Notes: a model not told the origin generated them from the sequence alone. A stretch of 64,000 bases of DNA from Cetorhinus maximus (GCF_964194155.1 NC_135909.1:11284001-11348000); one strand, 5' to 3'. Shown: positions 1-11,769, numbered from the stretch's first letter. Numbers and translations: made by a program.

Positions 1-120
1 ATCACACACACACACACACACACGCTCTCTCTCACAAACAAACACACACTCACACGCTCTCTCTCACAAACAAAAACACACACACACGCTCTCTCTCACA
101 AACACACACACACACATATA
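1..120. repeat. (CA)n/(CT)n compound microsatellite
   Basis: Directly visible dinucleotide runs. Confidence 0.95.
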
Positions 121-164
121 GACATAATGGAAAACCATGACATAAAAATAGAAAAGTAGGAAAT

Positions 165-301
165 TAAAGCAAAATACTGCTGATGCTGGAAATCTGAAAC
201 AAAAACAGAAAATGCTGGAATGATTCAGCAGGTCTAACAGCATCTGTGGGGTGAAAAAAAACAGAGTCAACGTTTCGAGTCATTATGACTCTTTTTCAGA
301 A
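165..301 (-). mobile_element. Solo Penelope-type terminal repeat with degenerate hammerhead motif
   Basis: Homologous to the 3' end of the Penelope at 55.9 kb. Minus strand reads CTGAAAA-A-GAGTC-ATAAT-GACTC-GAAACGTT. Flanked by a degenerate direct repeat (agaaaagtaggaaatt / agaaaagggggaattt). Confidence 0.75.
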
Positions 302-767
302 AAGGGGGAATTTTGCCAAACGTTAAACGTCAATAGATCAAGGCAAAGGGCAGAGTGAGCAGTCCCTGAGATGGGGTCAGTGTTCTACAGTCGCTTCCCC
401 AGCACTGATCGGTGACAACATCAATGATTCTGGCACTGCTTTTCAGGCGGTATCATGGAATAATCGAGCGTGCTGTATTCCAGCGTGTAGATCATCTCAG
501 GAGCAGTTAAGATTAACTTCCGGCTGTGGACTGGCTCTGGAGTGCAAAAGGCTACTGTCTTCCTGCCCAAGCAGTTGGTCCTTCTCTTCTCAAAGTAAAA
601 TCAAGCCCACTTTTTAAACCTCAGTCTTCCAGGCATGTTTTTTGTCAGAGCCATAAAAACCATGTGACCCACTTTGTACACAGCCCAATCGGGTCAAAAT
701 GATCACAGCCTGATTTCAACATGGAGTTGTAATCTTGTTTGAAAACATATTCAGTCTGAAAGAACTG

Positions 768-900
768 GGGATGGCGTTGGGGCGGGGTGGGGAGGGGGTT
801 GCGGGGGGAGTGGGGGACGGGGCAGGTGGTGGTTGGGGGGATGCTGTGAGGGGAGAGGCGTGTTGTGGGGGCGGATGTTGGTGGGCGCGGCGGGAGGGTT
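768..900 (+). repeat. G-rich low-complexity tract, G-quadruplex potential
   Basis: Many GGG+ runs with short spacers. Confidence 0.7.
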
Positions 901-1814
901 ACATCTTGACATTATTGACCATATTTTTGCTGTATTATAGGAGTTGCAGAAAGTCACTTTAAATTCGTAATTTTAGTATATTTAGTAAAGCAGCTCAGGG
1001 GGAATTAACGGTCAGGGAAGTTAGGCAGCGCTCGCTTCAATTACTGGTCATCACATGTCTAAGAGGCAGTTTCTCAGGGCAGTCAGGGTTGGGATGGGGT
1101 TACTTTTGACAGAAAGTGTTGAAGTGGCTTTTTCCGGCGACAGAACTGATAGCCAAGAATGTGCGGTAAATTAACAGAAAGTCCAAACATATCATCCACA
1201 CAGTCAAGCTGGTGAAACGAAATGACTGGCGACCTGGCTCTCACCCCGATCACTCGGTTCTCGGACTCCTGCAATGTTCCGATGAAGCTCAAGGTTCTCT
1301 CGAGGAGCAGCGGCTCATCCTTCAATGAGGAACTTTACAGCCTTCCAGTGTGAACATTCAGCTCAACAATATCGCTCTGTAAAAACTGCCAACATTCTGA
1401 TTTCCTTCTGTTCGCAGATGTGGGTTTGAGCTTCGGCAGTTGTTCATCAATCCGCGATTTAAAACCTCCACCAGTTACATATTTTTTTCTCTTTATTGTT
1501 CCACATACGGAGCCGAGGGCCCTCATTCTGTGCTGTTTAACTCTCGGAGCTGATGTTTCCCTCTCTCTGGCGATGCAGCACAAACTCTGTTGTGATTTTA
1601 TCTCTCCCGATTTCCAAGATTTTCCAGGACATCGTTTTTGCTTTTTTCCCGCTTCCCTTTCATTGGCTTAACCCCTATCACAAAATATTTACCTCTCCAG
1701 TTCAGGTGAAAAGTCACTTTCCTACAACACGAACTCTGTTTCACCGCCCATGTGTAATTCTTACATTTCCTGTGTTACTCTCGCGGTGTGAAAGGATAGT
1801 TGACTGGCTTTGGA

Positions 1815-2226
1815 TGTGAATGGAACTAGATGCCCGCTTCGTCAGGGCAAGCGGTTACCAGGAGGGCAGAGGAAACGTTTCAGGGACTCCCTCAAAGCCT
1901 CCCTGATAAAATGCAACATTCCCACCGATTTGTGGGAATCTCTTGCTCGAAACGCCCAAACTGGAGAAGAAACATCCGCGAAGGTGCCAACTATTTGGAA
2001 CGTCTCCGACAGGCCCAGGTGGAGGCCAAGCGCAAACAACGGAAGGAGCGGAGCAAAATCCGAGCATCCCACCCACCCGCCTCCTCAAACACTACCTGCC
2101 CCAACCTGTGGCAGAGTGTGCGGAGCCAACATTGGACTGTTTAGGCTCCTCAGAACCCGCAACGTCGGCGTGAAAAAAAAGCCATTCTCAGTGACGAGTT
2201 ACTGCCTAAGAAGAAGAAGATGAAGA
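1815..2226 (+). mobile_element. RTE-clade LINE, 5'-truncated 3' end
   Basis: Frameshifted ORFs GGQRKRFRDSLKASL...WESLA / WRRNIREGA...KRKQRKER / TCGRVCGANIGLF match an RTE ORF C-terminus; ends in an (AAG)n tail. Confidence 0.85.
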
Positions 2227-2312
2227 GGCTGTGGGATGGGTATGATTCTCGCTTAGCGATTCTTATTGAGATATTCTGCGAGAGGTGTCGTATTCAAATC
2301 TCGGACGAGACC
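2227..2312 (+). pseudogene. Intron-containing tRNA-Pro-like pseudogene (anticodon position reads AGC)
   Basis: GGGTATGATTCTCGCTT-AGC-G-[18 nt]-TGCGAGAGG..TTCAAATC.CGGACGAG matches the tRNA-Pro body; 5' end and T-stem are damaged. Confidence 0.75.
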
Positions 2313-2639
2313 CCAAGTGTTAGCAACTATCGCCCTAAGTCACTGATGGGACTTATTTAGGAGAATGAATATGTTTTTGTTCTGGAGAAGGTGGGATTTT
2401 TTTATTTCAGGAAATTAGCAGCGATTGAGTGAAGGTCAACGGCCAAGATTTAGAGAGGACAAAAAAATTGCAGGGACATTTTGAGGAGAGGTGCGGACAA
2501 TAGGAACTGACTTCATGATCCAAAATCAATCTGAGATCCCGAGGCGAAGGGTCTGGGAATCAGTGGATCATTCAAAAATCCAAGAGACATAAATGCAGCA
2601 CAGTTTTTATGGACAAGGCATTATCTGGCTGGAAGGAAT

Positions 2640-2728
2640 GGTAGCCTGGCCCGAATGGATCAGGTGTCTGACTTCAATGTACATTATGATGTAATCAGAA
2701 GATAGCAGTTTCGTGTCCTGTCCCGTTG
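2640..2728 (+). pseudogene. Intron-containing tRNA-Arg(TCG)-like pseudogene, anticodon now TCA
   Basis: TGGCC.GAATGGAT.AGG.GTCTGACT-TCA-A-[16 nt]-ATCAGAAGAT.GCAG.TTCG.GTCCTG resembles vertebrate Arg-TCG; acceptor stem broken. Confidence 0.7.
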
Positions 2729-3064
2729 CTTCATACAGAAATATGGTGGAACGTCCAATAAACCAGGTTCCCACTCGTCAGCTGCAAGTTCTGCTTTTTC
2801 TTCCAAACAATGCGGAGCACTTTCTCAGAATCTATTTCCTTGTTACTTTGTGCATTCATCCCTCACTCATCTTTGGATTGTGTTTCGTTACTAAGAAATC
2901 CACAATGTCTGACTAATGTCGATAAAATATTGATATTTCCAATGGAACAAAAGGCTTTGAATCAATCAGTTTAATAAAATACTGCGGAGGGAATTCCAAT
3001 TTCCTCATCAAGCGGCTGAATGATTCGCTGAATGTTCAGTTGTTGTTTCCAGGGATGAAAGATG

Positions 3065-3455
3065 ATGTCACTGGTCTCGGAATCCAGAAGCCCAGGCTCA
3101 TCTCTAGGGGCAAGTGTTCAAATCCCACCGTGGCAGCTCGTGGAATTTAAATTCAATCATTTCATGATTCTTGAATTGAAAGCTGGTCTCTGTAATGACG
3201 GCCATGAAACTATCGTCGATTGTTGTAAAAAAACCATCTAGTTCATCAATGCACTTAAGAGGAAACATTCTGCCTTCCTGACCTGGTCTGGTTTACATGT
3301 GACTCCATGCACATGGGAATATGGTTGACTCTTATCTGCCCTCGGAAATTACTGAGCAAGCCATCCAGTTCGAGGGAGATTAGGGAAGGGCAGGAAGTTC
3401 TGGCCGTGCAATTGACGCCCACAGCCCACAGAAGATGAATAAATAACAAAAAAAT
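3065..3455 (+). mobile_element. tRNA-headed SINE with L2-type 3' tail
   Basis: B-box-like GTTCAAATCCC, conserved body, tail gacgcccaca.ccca..gaa.gaataaa; repeated in each duplication unit. Confidence 0.75.
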
Positions 3456-3559
3456 GCGATGCGTGGTATACAAGGACGAAAGGATTGACAGTTTGGATCT
3501 TTATTCTCTTGTAATAACGAGGCTGAGGGGTGGCCTAACGCTTGTATTTCAAAAAGTGA

Positions 3560-3815
3560 AAACAATATTTCATGGGATGTGAGCGTCGCTCGCAAGGCCA
3601 GTCTTTGTTACACATCCCAAATTGTACTTGAACTCCGTGGATTTCTCAGCGGGCAGTTAGGAATCAAACTCATATGTAGGCCAGGCCAGGGAAGACATCA
3701 GTGAACCATCACTGAGATTAGCGTTTAATTGCAGATTTTTATTATTGAGTTTAATTTCCACCAGGAGCCATGATGGGAAATGAACCCAAGTCCCCGGATA
3801 TTTCCACTGCTCCAC
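3560..3815 (-). mobile_element. Partial inverted copy of the same SINE family
   Basis: Reverse-complement match to the head and tail of the 3065-3455 element. Confidence 0.6.
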
Positions 3816-4021
3816 TAACTCCCCTTAGAGAGAGATATCAAGTCGAATGGACTCGATATCGGATCCCCAAGTTATTGTTAACAATAAAATCACAACCATG
3901 AGCTTAGAAGAAAACTCTATGCAATCTGGCCTCAGAACTTGGGTTGGAGGATCACATCAGTGATTCCAGGCAGACCTTCTGCAAAATCCCCGCACCAAGG
4001 CAGAAACATTTGATGAAACAA

Positions 4022-4103
4022 CGACCAAGGTGGGATTCGAACCCTCACGTGCAAAAAACAATGGCTTTATATTTCATCACCTTAACCTCTCGGCCAGCTC
4101 GGC
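4022..4103 (-). pseudogene. tRNA-Ser(GCT)-like pseudogene
   Basis: GCCGAGCTGGCCGAGAGGTTAAGGTGATG...CATTGT....TGCACG...GGTTCGAATCCCACC; anticodon arm degraded. Confidence 0.75.
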
Positions 4104-4729
4104 ACAAACTAAACCCCCTTCTATACTTTTTGCATTCATGAACTGTTGAAATAAATGATCCTCTTCGGTACAGGCCCTGAATATTCGGCCAGATGTGTAA
4201 AGATGGAAATGTAGTTTCTTCCATTAACATAAATGCCCATCACATCAAATCAGGGACTGTTGCAAACCAACTGATGTGAATCACTTCAACACTTCAACCT
4301 GATATCCAACATGTTTCTACACAGTGTGAAAATCCAGCGCTGGAAGACCGGAACTTACAAGCATTTGGTTGCAAAAGGAAACCCCTCCCAGCTCATTGCA
4401 AGCACCGGAACACATTAAAATGTGGTAAATTGTAATGAAACTTTGGGGTTCCCAGCTCTGCTTGTCCTTTCAGTCAAGATTGTAGCCGAGTGCAATCAGC
4501 CTCCTACCTGAATCCACACGGAGGGAGTTGCCTTATTTGACACATAGGGATAAATTCAGAGTCTCATGGCACGGAGAAACGTTCTTTAATCTTGACATTC
4601 ATTTTCATCACGCGTGTTTTTAGTGATGCATTTTCTGCAATGAGTTCCCGGGTGTTCAAACCTGGTCCTGATTTCAGGAACTGCCACCACCTCGAGCGCA
4701 AAAAAAATTACTGCATTAAGATGCCCGAT

Positions 4730-4819
4730 GGGCTCGTCCGGGAATTGAACCCGGGACCTCTCGCACATTCATAAAATGAAACTCGCAATGCGAGAATCAT
4801 GCCACTAGACCAACGAGCC
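4730..4819 (-). tRNA. Intron-containing tRNA with Pro body and TGC anticodon (18-nt intron); function doubtful
   Basis: GGCTCGTTGGTCTAGTGGCATGATTCTCGC-AT-TGC-G-[AGTTTCATTTTATGAATG]-TGCGAGAGGTCCCGGGTTCAATTCCCGGACGAGCCC; stems and A/B boxes intact. Confidence 0.75.
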
Positions 4820-5043
4820 ACCTGTACTACAACTTGCAGTCAAAGGATCTTTTTCTTGTCACCCATAGTGTATCAAACAAAAGTGAATTACTGTTCCTGC
4901 TGGAAATCTTTTGGAATGTTTTAGAAACCCCGGGGACGACTCCAACCAGTGGAGAGTTTCCCTCCTCATTTCCATGAACTTTCAGTTTTGCTGGGATTCC
5001 TTGATGCCCGCACTAGGTCAAATGCTTCCCCGAACATAAGTGA

Positions 5044-5339
5044 ACACTTGAACCTCATGGCTTGAGTTCAGCTGTTTCTCCATGTTTGGACCAAGGCTGC
5101 AAAGAGGTCAGAATGTGATTTAAAAGATGCCATACATGGGTTGGTTGTGTGTTCAGAAAATTGTCAAATGGAATTCAATCCCTGAAAGTTTACACTTGAA
5201 CCTCATGGCTTGAGTTCAGCTGTTTCTCCATGTTTGGACCAAGGCTGCAAAGAGGTCAGAATGTGATTTAAAAGATGCCATACATGGGTTGGTTGTGTGT
5301 TCAGAAAATTGTCAAATGGAATTCAATCCCTGAAAGTTT
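5044..5339. repeat. 148-bp direct tandem duplication (5044-5191 / 5192-5339)
   Basis: Two apparently identical copies; only one copy in the paralog at ~25.65-25.8 kb. Confidence 0.9.
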
Positions 5340-5870
5340 GGGGTAATGCATTTGGGGAGGGCAGACAAAGAAAGGGAACACTCAATAAATGGGAAGATAT
5401 TGAGACAGGTTGTGGAAGGGAGACACTTTGGAGTGCATGTCCACATTTCCCTGAAGGTGGCAAGACAAGGGGACAAGGTGGTAACGGAATGTTTTCCTTT
5501 ATTGAACGAAGTATTGAATACAAAAACAGGGATATAATGCTGGAAATCTATAAAACGCTGGTTAGGCCACGGTTGGAATTTTGTGCACAGTTCTGGTCAT
5601 CACATTACAGGAAGGACACAAATGCTCTGGAGGGAGTGCAGAGAATATTTAAAAGAATGCTACAAGGGCTTGAAAATTGCAGCTGCGAGGAAAGGTTCGA
5701 TATTCAAGGGTTGTTTTCCTTAGGACAGAGGAGGTTGAGGGGTGACCTAATTGAGGTGCAAGAAGATTATGAGCGACCTAGGGCTGGGCATCAGGACCAG
5801 TTGAGTTTCTCTGGCAGAGAAACACCAGAGACACAAAGGGCCGAATGGGCTTTCTCTGTGGTGTAACTAT
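5290..5870 (+). mobile_element. CR1 LINE 3' fragment with internal deletion
   Basis: IEYKNRDIMLEIYKTLVRPRLEFCAQFWS..ALEGVQR..GLFSLGQRRLRGDLIEV is a CR1 ORF2 C-terminus. Confidence 0.9.
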
Positions 5871-5879
5871 TCTAAGATT

Positions 5880-6240
5880 CCATGTGCATAAGTGCCGGAT
5901 TCATTCTGTATCGCACTGTCCCTGGTAAAGGATTTGAGTGTCTGATTCCTGATGTATTTGTCAGCCTCTGGGGATGTGTCATTCATTCTGCATTGCTCTC
6001 TCAGGAAAACTATGTGAGTGCAGGATTCATTATGTATTGGTCAGTCTCTGGAGATGTGTGTGATTGTATGATTCACTCTGCATTGCTCTGTCTCTGGTAC
6101 ACTATGTGAGTGTGGGATTCATTATGTATTGGTCAGTCTCTGGGGATGTGTGTGAGTGTAAGATTCACTCTGCATTGCTCTGTCTCTGGTGCGCTATGTG
6201 AGTGTGGGATTCAATATGTATCCGTGAGTCTCTGAGGTAC
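5880..6240. repeat. Degenerate 46-bp minisatellite with 92-bp higher-order period
   Basis: tatgtgagtg recurs at 6011, 6103 and 6195; also present in paralogs at ~14.95-15.3 kb and ~46.2-46.5 kb. Confidence 0.8.
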
Positions 6241-6599
6241 TTTGAAAATCAGTATTCATTCTACCAAGAATATACTTCATTGGGCCATTTGGACACATTG
6301 GTACATTATTGCTACCATCTTCAACCCAGTTTACTTTATGTAATATTACATGTTTATCCATGAAATCTATTCCCTCTCCTATGCTTATCTTGCTTTCCCT
6401 GAAATACAGCTGTGCTAATCGTCTTGACTGCTCAACATCACAGCCAGTTCCAAATTCAACCGACTCAGTGGGAAAACAAGGTAATATCGAATTCTCTTTG
6501 AATTGATTGTTGACACCTCTATGTCCACCCTATCACATCCCATCACTAATTCCTCATATTGAGCTGTTTCTGCAACACACACAGTTAATGTCATTGTAT

Positions 6600-6770
6600 C
6601 AAAATCCTGGAACTCCCTCCCTCACAGCACTGTGGGTCTAACTACACCACAGAGACTGCAGCGGTCCAAGAAGGCAGCTCACCACCACCTTCTCAAGGTC
6701 ACTTAGGAATGGACAATAAATGCTGGCCGAGCCAGCGAATCTCATATCCATTGAATTAATTAAAAAAAGT
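6600..6770 (+). mobile_element. L2-type LINE 3' end fragment
   Basis: aaaatcctggaactccctccct...gcagctcaccaccaccttctcaagg...aataaatgctggcc; copies at ~15.66 kb, ~46.85 kb and inverted at ~47.9 kb. Confidence 0.7.
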
Positions 6771-7589
6771 TCCGCTCTGTTGCACTTCTCAGCTCTGGCC
6801 AGTAGATGTCAGCACACTCAGAGAGCGACAGAACAGACAAGAAGCGTTCACATTTTATTGGACGGCGAAGGGAGGTATTTGGTTCAATGCAGATCTGTCA
6901 ATGGCACTCTGTACCTGTGGTATTGTAACGTAAGTGTGGGAATCATATGTTTCTTTCATCACTTGGTTCTGTTTGTGTGCATGAGATTCATTCTGTATCT
7001 GTCAGTGGGATTAATTTTACATCTGTCAACCTTTGGTATTATAAAACATTGTGAGATTCAATTGCAGTTTTCCCAATCATCGGTATTGTATGTGAAAGTA
7101 GAATTTACAGTGTGTGTGTTAGTATGTGGTCTTCCATTTGTATCCATCAGCATCTGTTACTCTGTGTGATGCTTGGACTCTTTCTAAATCTCTCAGTGGT
7201 ACAATTGGTGTGTCATATTTCTTTAGTATCACTCAGATTCAGCTATTGTGAGTGAGTGCAGTGACCAGCCTGTATCTTTCAGCATCTGGCACTGAAAATG
7301 TGCTTGAGAATTATTCTCTGCTTCTGTGTGAGTGTGGGATTCATTATATAACTTTCAGTCTCTGGGACTAATTATAAGTTTGGATTCATTCCACATACAT
7401 TATCAGCAGAACAACAAGCCACTGATATGGTAGGTTTAAAGCAAACAATGTGTGTAAGCTTTGGCTGAGTATTAAATCTCTGGAGGAAACACCACGTTTA
7501 TTCTGGTTTCGTCAATTATTTGCCTGTTGGAAAAAAGTATATTTTAGGACTCAATACAGGTGGAGTGGAAGATACCGATTCCAACAATT

Positions 7590-7785
7590 TAACCTCTATA
7601 AATAATCATTGTGAATGGTTTGAGAGACTTTAGACAGGCTCTAGCACTGATTGGTCAGTCCATTCTCAATCCTAATCTTCAACCAATCGGATAGCCAGGT
7701 AACAGGAATTGGAAGTGCCGATTGGCTTATATTTTCAAATTCGAAAAGCCCGCCAATTTGAGGGGGGGGGGGGGGGGGGGGGAAA
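7590..7785. promoter_or_regulatory. Orphan histone-type promoter (TATA, several CCAAT boxes, E2F/CHR-like motif) next to a G21 run
   Basis: tataaata, attgg/ccaat x4, ttttcaaa..aaagcccgccaa as in the H2A upstream regions; no adjacent intact gene; paralogs at ~16.65-16.83 kb and ~49.66-49.83 kb. Confidence 0.5.
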
Positions 7786-8099
7786 GATTATAGCCGAACG
7801 GCTTAATTTCCAGGCAACAATTTTAATCTCACGCTTTAGGAGCTGTGTTATTGCATTCTGCGTCACAGAATCCTGGCGCTATTTTAGGAACAGATTAAAT
7901 TTGTCAATCTCTTATCTGTAACCGGCGGTAACAAAGCAGCGATTTAAAACAGAGCCAATCTCAGCTCACTGGAAACGCAATAACATAGGTTACCAACCGA
8001 CTCCTTCATACAGGTTTCATCGGGACAGAGAGAAACGGCTGATTTCTGATCCTGTCCCCTTAAAGCGGCCGGAAATGTTCCAATCGGAAGAGCGGAGCG

Positions 8100-8245
8100 C
8101 TCCAGCAGCCACACGCTCAGCATTGCTGCCCTTTCTCAGGAGCCTGTGAACACGGCCCGCGGGGAGCTGCAGCCCAGCCCGGGAGGAGCGAGACTTGGCT
8201 TTGGCTTTGTCCTGGGCTCTACCGCCGGTCTTTCTACAATCTTAC
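8100..8245 (-). pseudogene. H2A 5' fragment; start codon deleted, truncated after ~AERV
   Basis: Translates to [33 protein letters not shown]. Confidence 0.85.
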
Positions 8246-8329
8246 ACACACTTACACCACGAATGAAGAATTGCTCTCGCACTCACCCTTTCCCTATCTT
8301 CTGGGGAATGTAGTCGGCCACTTCTGAAA

Positions 8330-8550
8330 GCCCGGTCATGAGCTTGTGTGATACACAGCGCGAAATGATCTGATCAGGGTAACCATTACCCTGCAGGATG
8401 CCTTTGATGAGCCCGATTTCAGCATCAAGCTTGCACGGTGAGCAAATGGCTCGGGCCCGATTCACAAAGTTGCTGATAAGACCAATCTTACAGAGCGTGG
8501 AACTGTAAGAATCCCAACGCGTATTTTAACTAATGTAGATAATTGTGGTC
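8330..8550 (-). mobile_element. Penelope-like element ORF fragment
   Basis: NRARAICSPCKLDAEIGLIKGILQGNGYPDQII resembles the PLE RT thumb/linker (NGYP motif). Confidence 0.7.
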
Positions 8551-8583
8551 TGACCACGGATAAGGCGGAAAATAAATCACTCC

Positions 8584-8654
8584 TGCGATGGCTGAGAATC
8601 GACCCGGGTCAACTGCTTGGAAGGCAGCTATGCTCACCACTATACCACCATCGC
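8584..8654 (-). pseudogene. tRNA-Gly(TCC) pseudogene (1-nt T-loop deletion, T-stem mismatches)
   Basis: 71 nt; GGTCGATTCTCAG replaces GGTTCGATTCCCGG. Confidence 0.85.
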
Positions 8655-9744
8655 ACACTTCTTCAAATTACAGTCAGCATTTATAGTACCGCGAAACACA
8701 CCATATCTTTGGCATCTTTTGTCTGATTGATAAACTGTTTTGCAATAATTCTCACCATGTTTATGTTGTTTCACACACATTTAAAATGTCCCCAAAGAAG
8801 TTACCTCTTTGCACGTCTCATGTGCAGCCAGCAGACGGCACCAGTCCACATATATTCTCTCCGGCTGTTTCTGTGGACACATCGAGACAGGAAAAGATCT
8901 GTTGCTGCCCGGGGAACGGGCCATGAAACAGACAAAGATAGTGACAAACTACAACGGCTCCATGTAGACATCCACAAAGATCAGAACAATAAAAAATGCA
9001 ACTTATCCTGGAAGGGATGATGAAGTTCTCTCTGAAATAACTACACCAACACTTCCCTTAAAATAATTGATTTGCTGTCACTAATTCAATACCAACCGTT
9101 TAAATTTCAGCCGTTATTCATTTCCAGTTCTTGGACAGACACTTTCACTGACCGGTTCAATCTTTGCAAAACTTTTCGAATTCCCGCTCAATAAACTAAA
9201 TTACAGGCCCGTGATCCGATTTTATCTTGTTCTTAGTCCCATTAAATTGTGATACCTGCAAACTAACTGGTTTAGAGGCTGGTGTGTTTGTGACCTTCGT
9301 TCTCCTTCTCTGCCTGATCCTCACACCTCTTGACTGCCTTGTCGATTACAAATCTCTCCAACTCAACCTTGGCCAAACCCCGCGTCACAACTCAAACCCA
9401 AACATATTATATTCTCCAATTCAGCTGGAAGAGGGGTTAGTAAAATTCTCAATGCTTCTGGGAGGGGAGTTGTGTGTTAACGGAATAGAAGATGTCCGAG
9501 AAATGGAAGCAGACTGTTTGTCTGTTTGTAGAAGTGACTGGAATGAGGCGGGGATATTGCTGACAGGTCTGGATTTAAAAGATCCCGGTTTCTAACTATA
9601 GATAAACAAGATGTTCCATTGAGTAAGATTTGTTTCGAGCGCCCTGTTCACTAATGGTGCCCAGAATTCGAAAACAAATCAGTTCGAACAGGCAGGAGGC
9701 GGAGCTAGATGATCACAGACTCTGTTCTGTCTGTCACTCAGTCT

Positions 9745-9810
9745 CCTCCCCGCCCCGCCTCTCACTCTCTGTCCCGTTCTCAGTCAGGTCCGGGCGTGCT
9801 ATTTAAAAGA
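9745..9810 (+). promoter_or_regulatory. H4 promoter: GC box, TCAGGTCC H4-type element, TATTTAAAA
   Basis: ccccgccc...tcaggtccgggcg..tatttaaaa ~60 bp upstream of the ATG. Confidence 0.7.
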
Positions 9811-9857
9811 GGAACGTGAAGCAGCTCGTCTCTCATATTCTGCAGCGATCTGAGTGA

Positions 9858-10178
<321 letters not shown>

Positions 10179-10212
10179 ACAACTCGACCCTTTCTACCAA
10201 ACAAACAACAAA

Positions 10213-10228
10213 GGTTCTTTTAAGAGCC
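10213..10228 (+). terminator. Histone 3' stem-loop (H4)
   Basis: aaaGGTTCTTTTAAGAGCCaccca followed by a purine-rich HDE-like aagagc. Confidence 0.9.
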
Positions 10229-10694
10229 ACCCAAAACGTCACATTAAGAGCACTGACCTGGGAACGGGAGCGAGAAATCTCAAACTGTAACTGAATGAAA
10301 AGCAACTTTAGCATCATTTCGTTCTCTTTCTGTCACTAGTTCATTTATTAAGGTTGTTGATGTTTTAAGTGGGGAGTGGAGCGGTGTATTACCTCCCCAG
10401 ACCCCACTCTCCCACTTCAATATATTGGAAGGACGACTCACTCCATTTTCTCTTCAATATCTATTTAACCGTGACATGAATCAAACCCATACAGTTCATG
10501 ATGTTTATGTGGGAGACCCGGAACTGTCGGTAGTCATGGTGATTTCGCCCATCAGTAGGACCTTTCTACCCGCCTGTTATAAACAGATCAGGTAAAGATT
10601 CCGAATTGAAACCGAGTTGAAAGGCATGTAGAGCCAAAATGAGACTTTTCTCAGGTTTTATACTAGCGTCTTTTGCAGCGAAGCTAGTATTTTT

Positions 10695-10790
10695 TAATGA
10701 AAATGCTGGAAAATTTCTCCAGGTCTGGCAGCACCTCTGTGGAGAGAGGGAATTATCTCTTGGAATGGGCATGACGCTTCTTCAGAGCCA
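10695..10790 (-). mobile_element. Degenerate Penelope terminal-repeat fragment downstream of H2A
   Basis: aaatgctggaaa...caggtctggcagca.ctgtggagagag...cttcttcag; paralogs at ~19.75 kb, ~22.81 kb and ~50.73 kb. Confidence 0.65.
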
Positions 10791-10840
10791 GAATGAAATG
10801 AGTTCACACAGTGAGCAGCCCTTTCACAGACTCAGTGAGA

Positions 10841-10856
10841 GGCTCTGAAAAGAGCC
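10841..10856 (-). terminator. Histone 3' stem-loop (H2A)
   Basis: GGCTCTTTTCAGAGCC on the minus strand, then HDE gtgaaagggctg. Confidence 0.9.
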
Positions 10857-10886
10857 TTTGGGTTAGTAGATTAAAGAATGGCCACT

Positions 10887-11279
10887 TCACTTGGTCTTCG
10901 AGCCCGCAGGGGCGCTGGTTTTCTTGGGCAGCAGCACGGCCTGGATATGAGGCAGCACCCCGCCCTGAGCGATGGTCACCCCTCCCAGCAGCTTGTTGAG
11001 CTCCTCGTCGATGCGGACGGCCAGCTGCAGGTGTTTGGGGTTAATGCGGGTCTTCTTGTTGTCCCGGGCAGCATTACCGGCCAGATCGAGGATTTCAGCC
11101 GTTAGATACTCGAGCACAGCAGCCAGATAAACCGGTGCTCCGGCACCCACACGCTCAGCATAGTTGCCCTTTCTCAGGAGCCTGTGAACACTGCCCACCG
11201 GGAACTGCAGTCCAGCCCGGGAGGATCGAGACTTGGCCTTGGTGCGAGCTTTACCGCCGGTCTTTCCTCTTCCAGATAT
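10887..11279 (-). pseudogene. H2A: Histone H2A with ATG->ATA start mutation
   Basis: Full-length H2A frame; codon at 11277-11279 is ATA; several core substitutions. Confidence 0.85.
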
Positions 11280-11769
11280 TTCACAATTTCACAAACACTT
11301 TCACAGGACTGAATCAATTGTTGGGCAGCAAGTGTCTAAGTGTCTGTATCATAGGGACAGGAAGTGTTGCAGCGCCTGTTACCATGAACAGAAAGTGTCG
11401 GAGTGACATTATTTTCAGTTTGCAGTCATCTTGTAGCTGCAGAAATAAATTGATTTCAGCATGATGGGAGGATTGCTGATTCGGTTCTTATTTATCATCA
11501 AAGAAAACTGAGTTCGATTACAGTGAATTTATATCTCCCCGTCTACAGTAATATTTCAAGCAGCAAGTTCCCGATGAAAAGAAATACCCACCATTCTCCC
11601 TTTTGTCTAAAATATTTGGTGAATAGAAATCTATCAAAGTGAGATTTAAAATTGCAGTGTTGTTTCCGGAAGGGAGCTCTGATATTCTCATCCCCGTTTG
11701 TCGATAGAGATGGTTTCGAATTTCATCTCCGGAAAGCTCTGAATGTTTTACTGCCCCCAGTGCCGCCAG

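Noticed and set aside
2640-2728. tRNA-Sec call from the TCA anticodon
   Set aside because: Body matches Arg-TCG; no long variable arm or Sec-type acceptor stem
9227-9595. 122-aa ORF repeated at 18276-18644
   Set aside because: TTG start, no recognisable domain, conserved only through recent duplication, and deleted in the third copy
10740-10790. Active hammerheads in the copies downstream of H2A (also ~19.8, ~22.87, ~42.15 and ~50.8 kb)
   Set aside because: GAAA and/or stem II are lost; relics only
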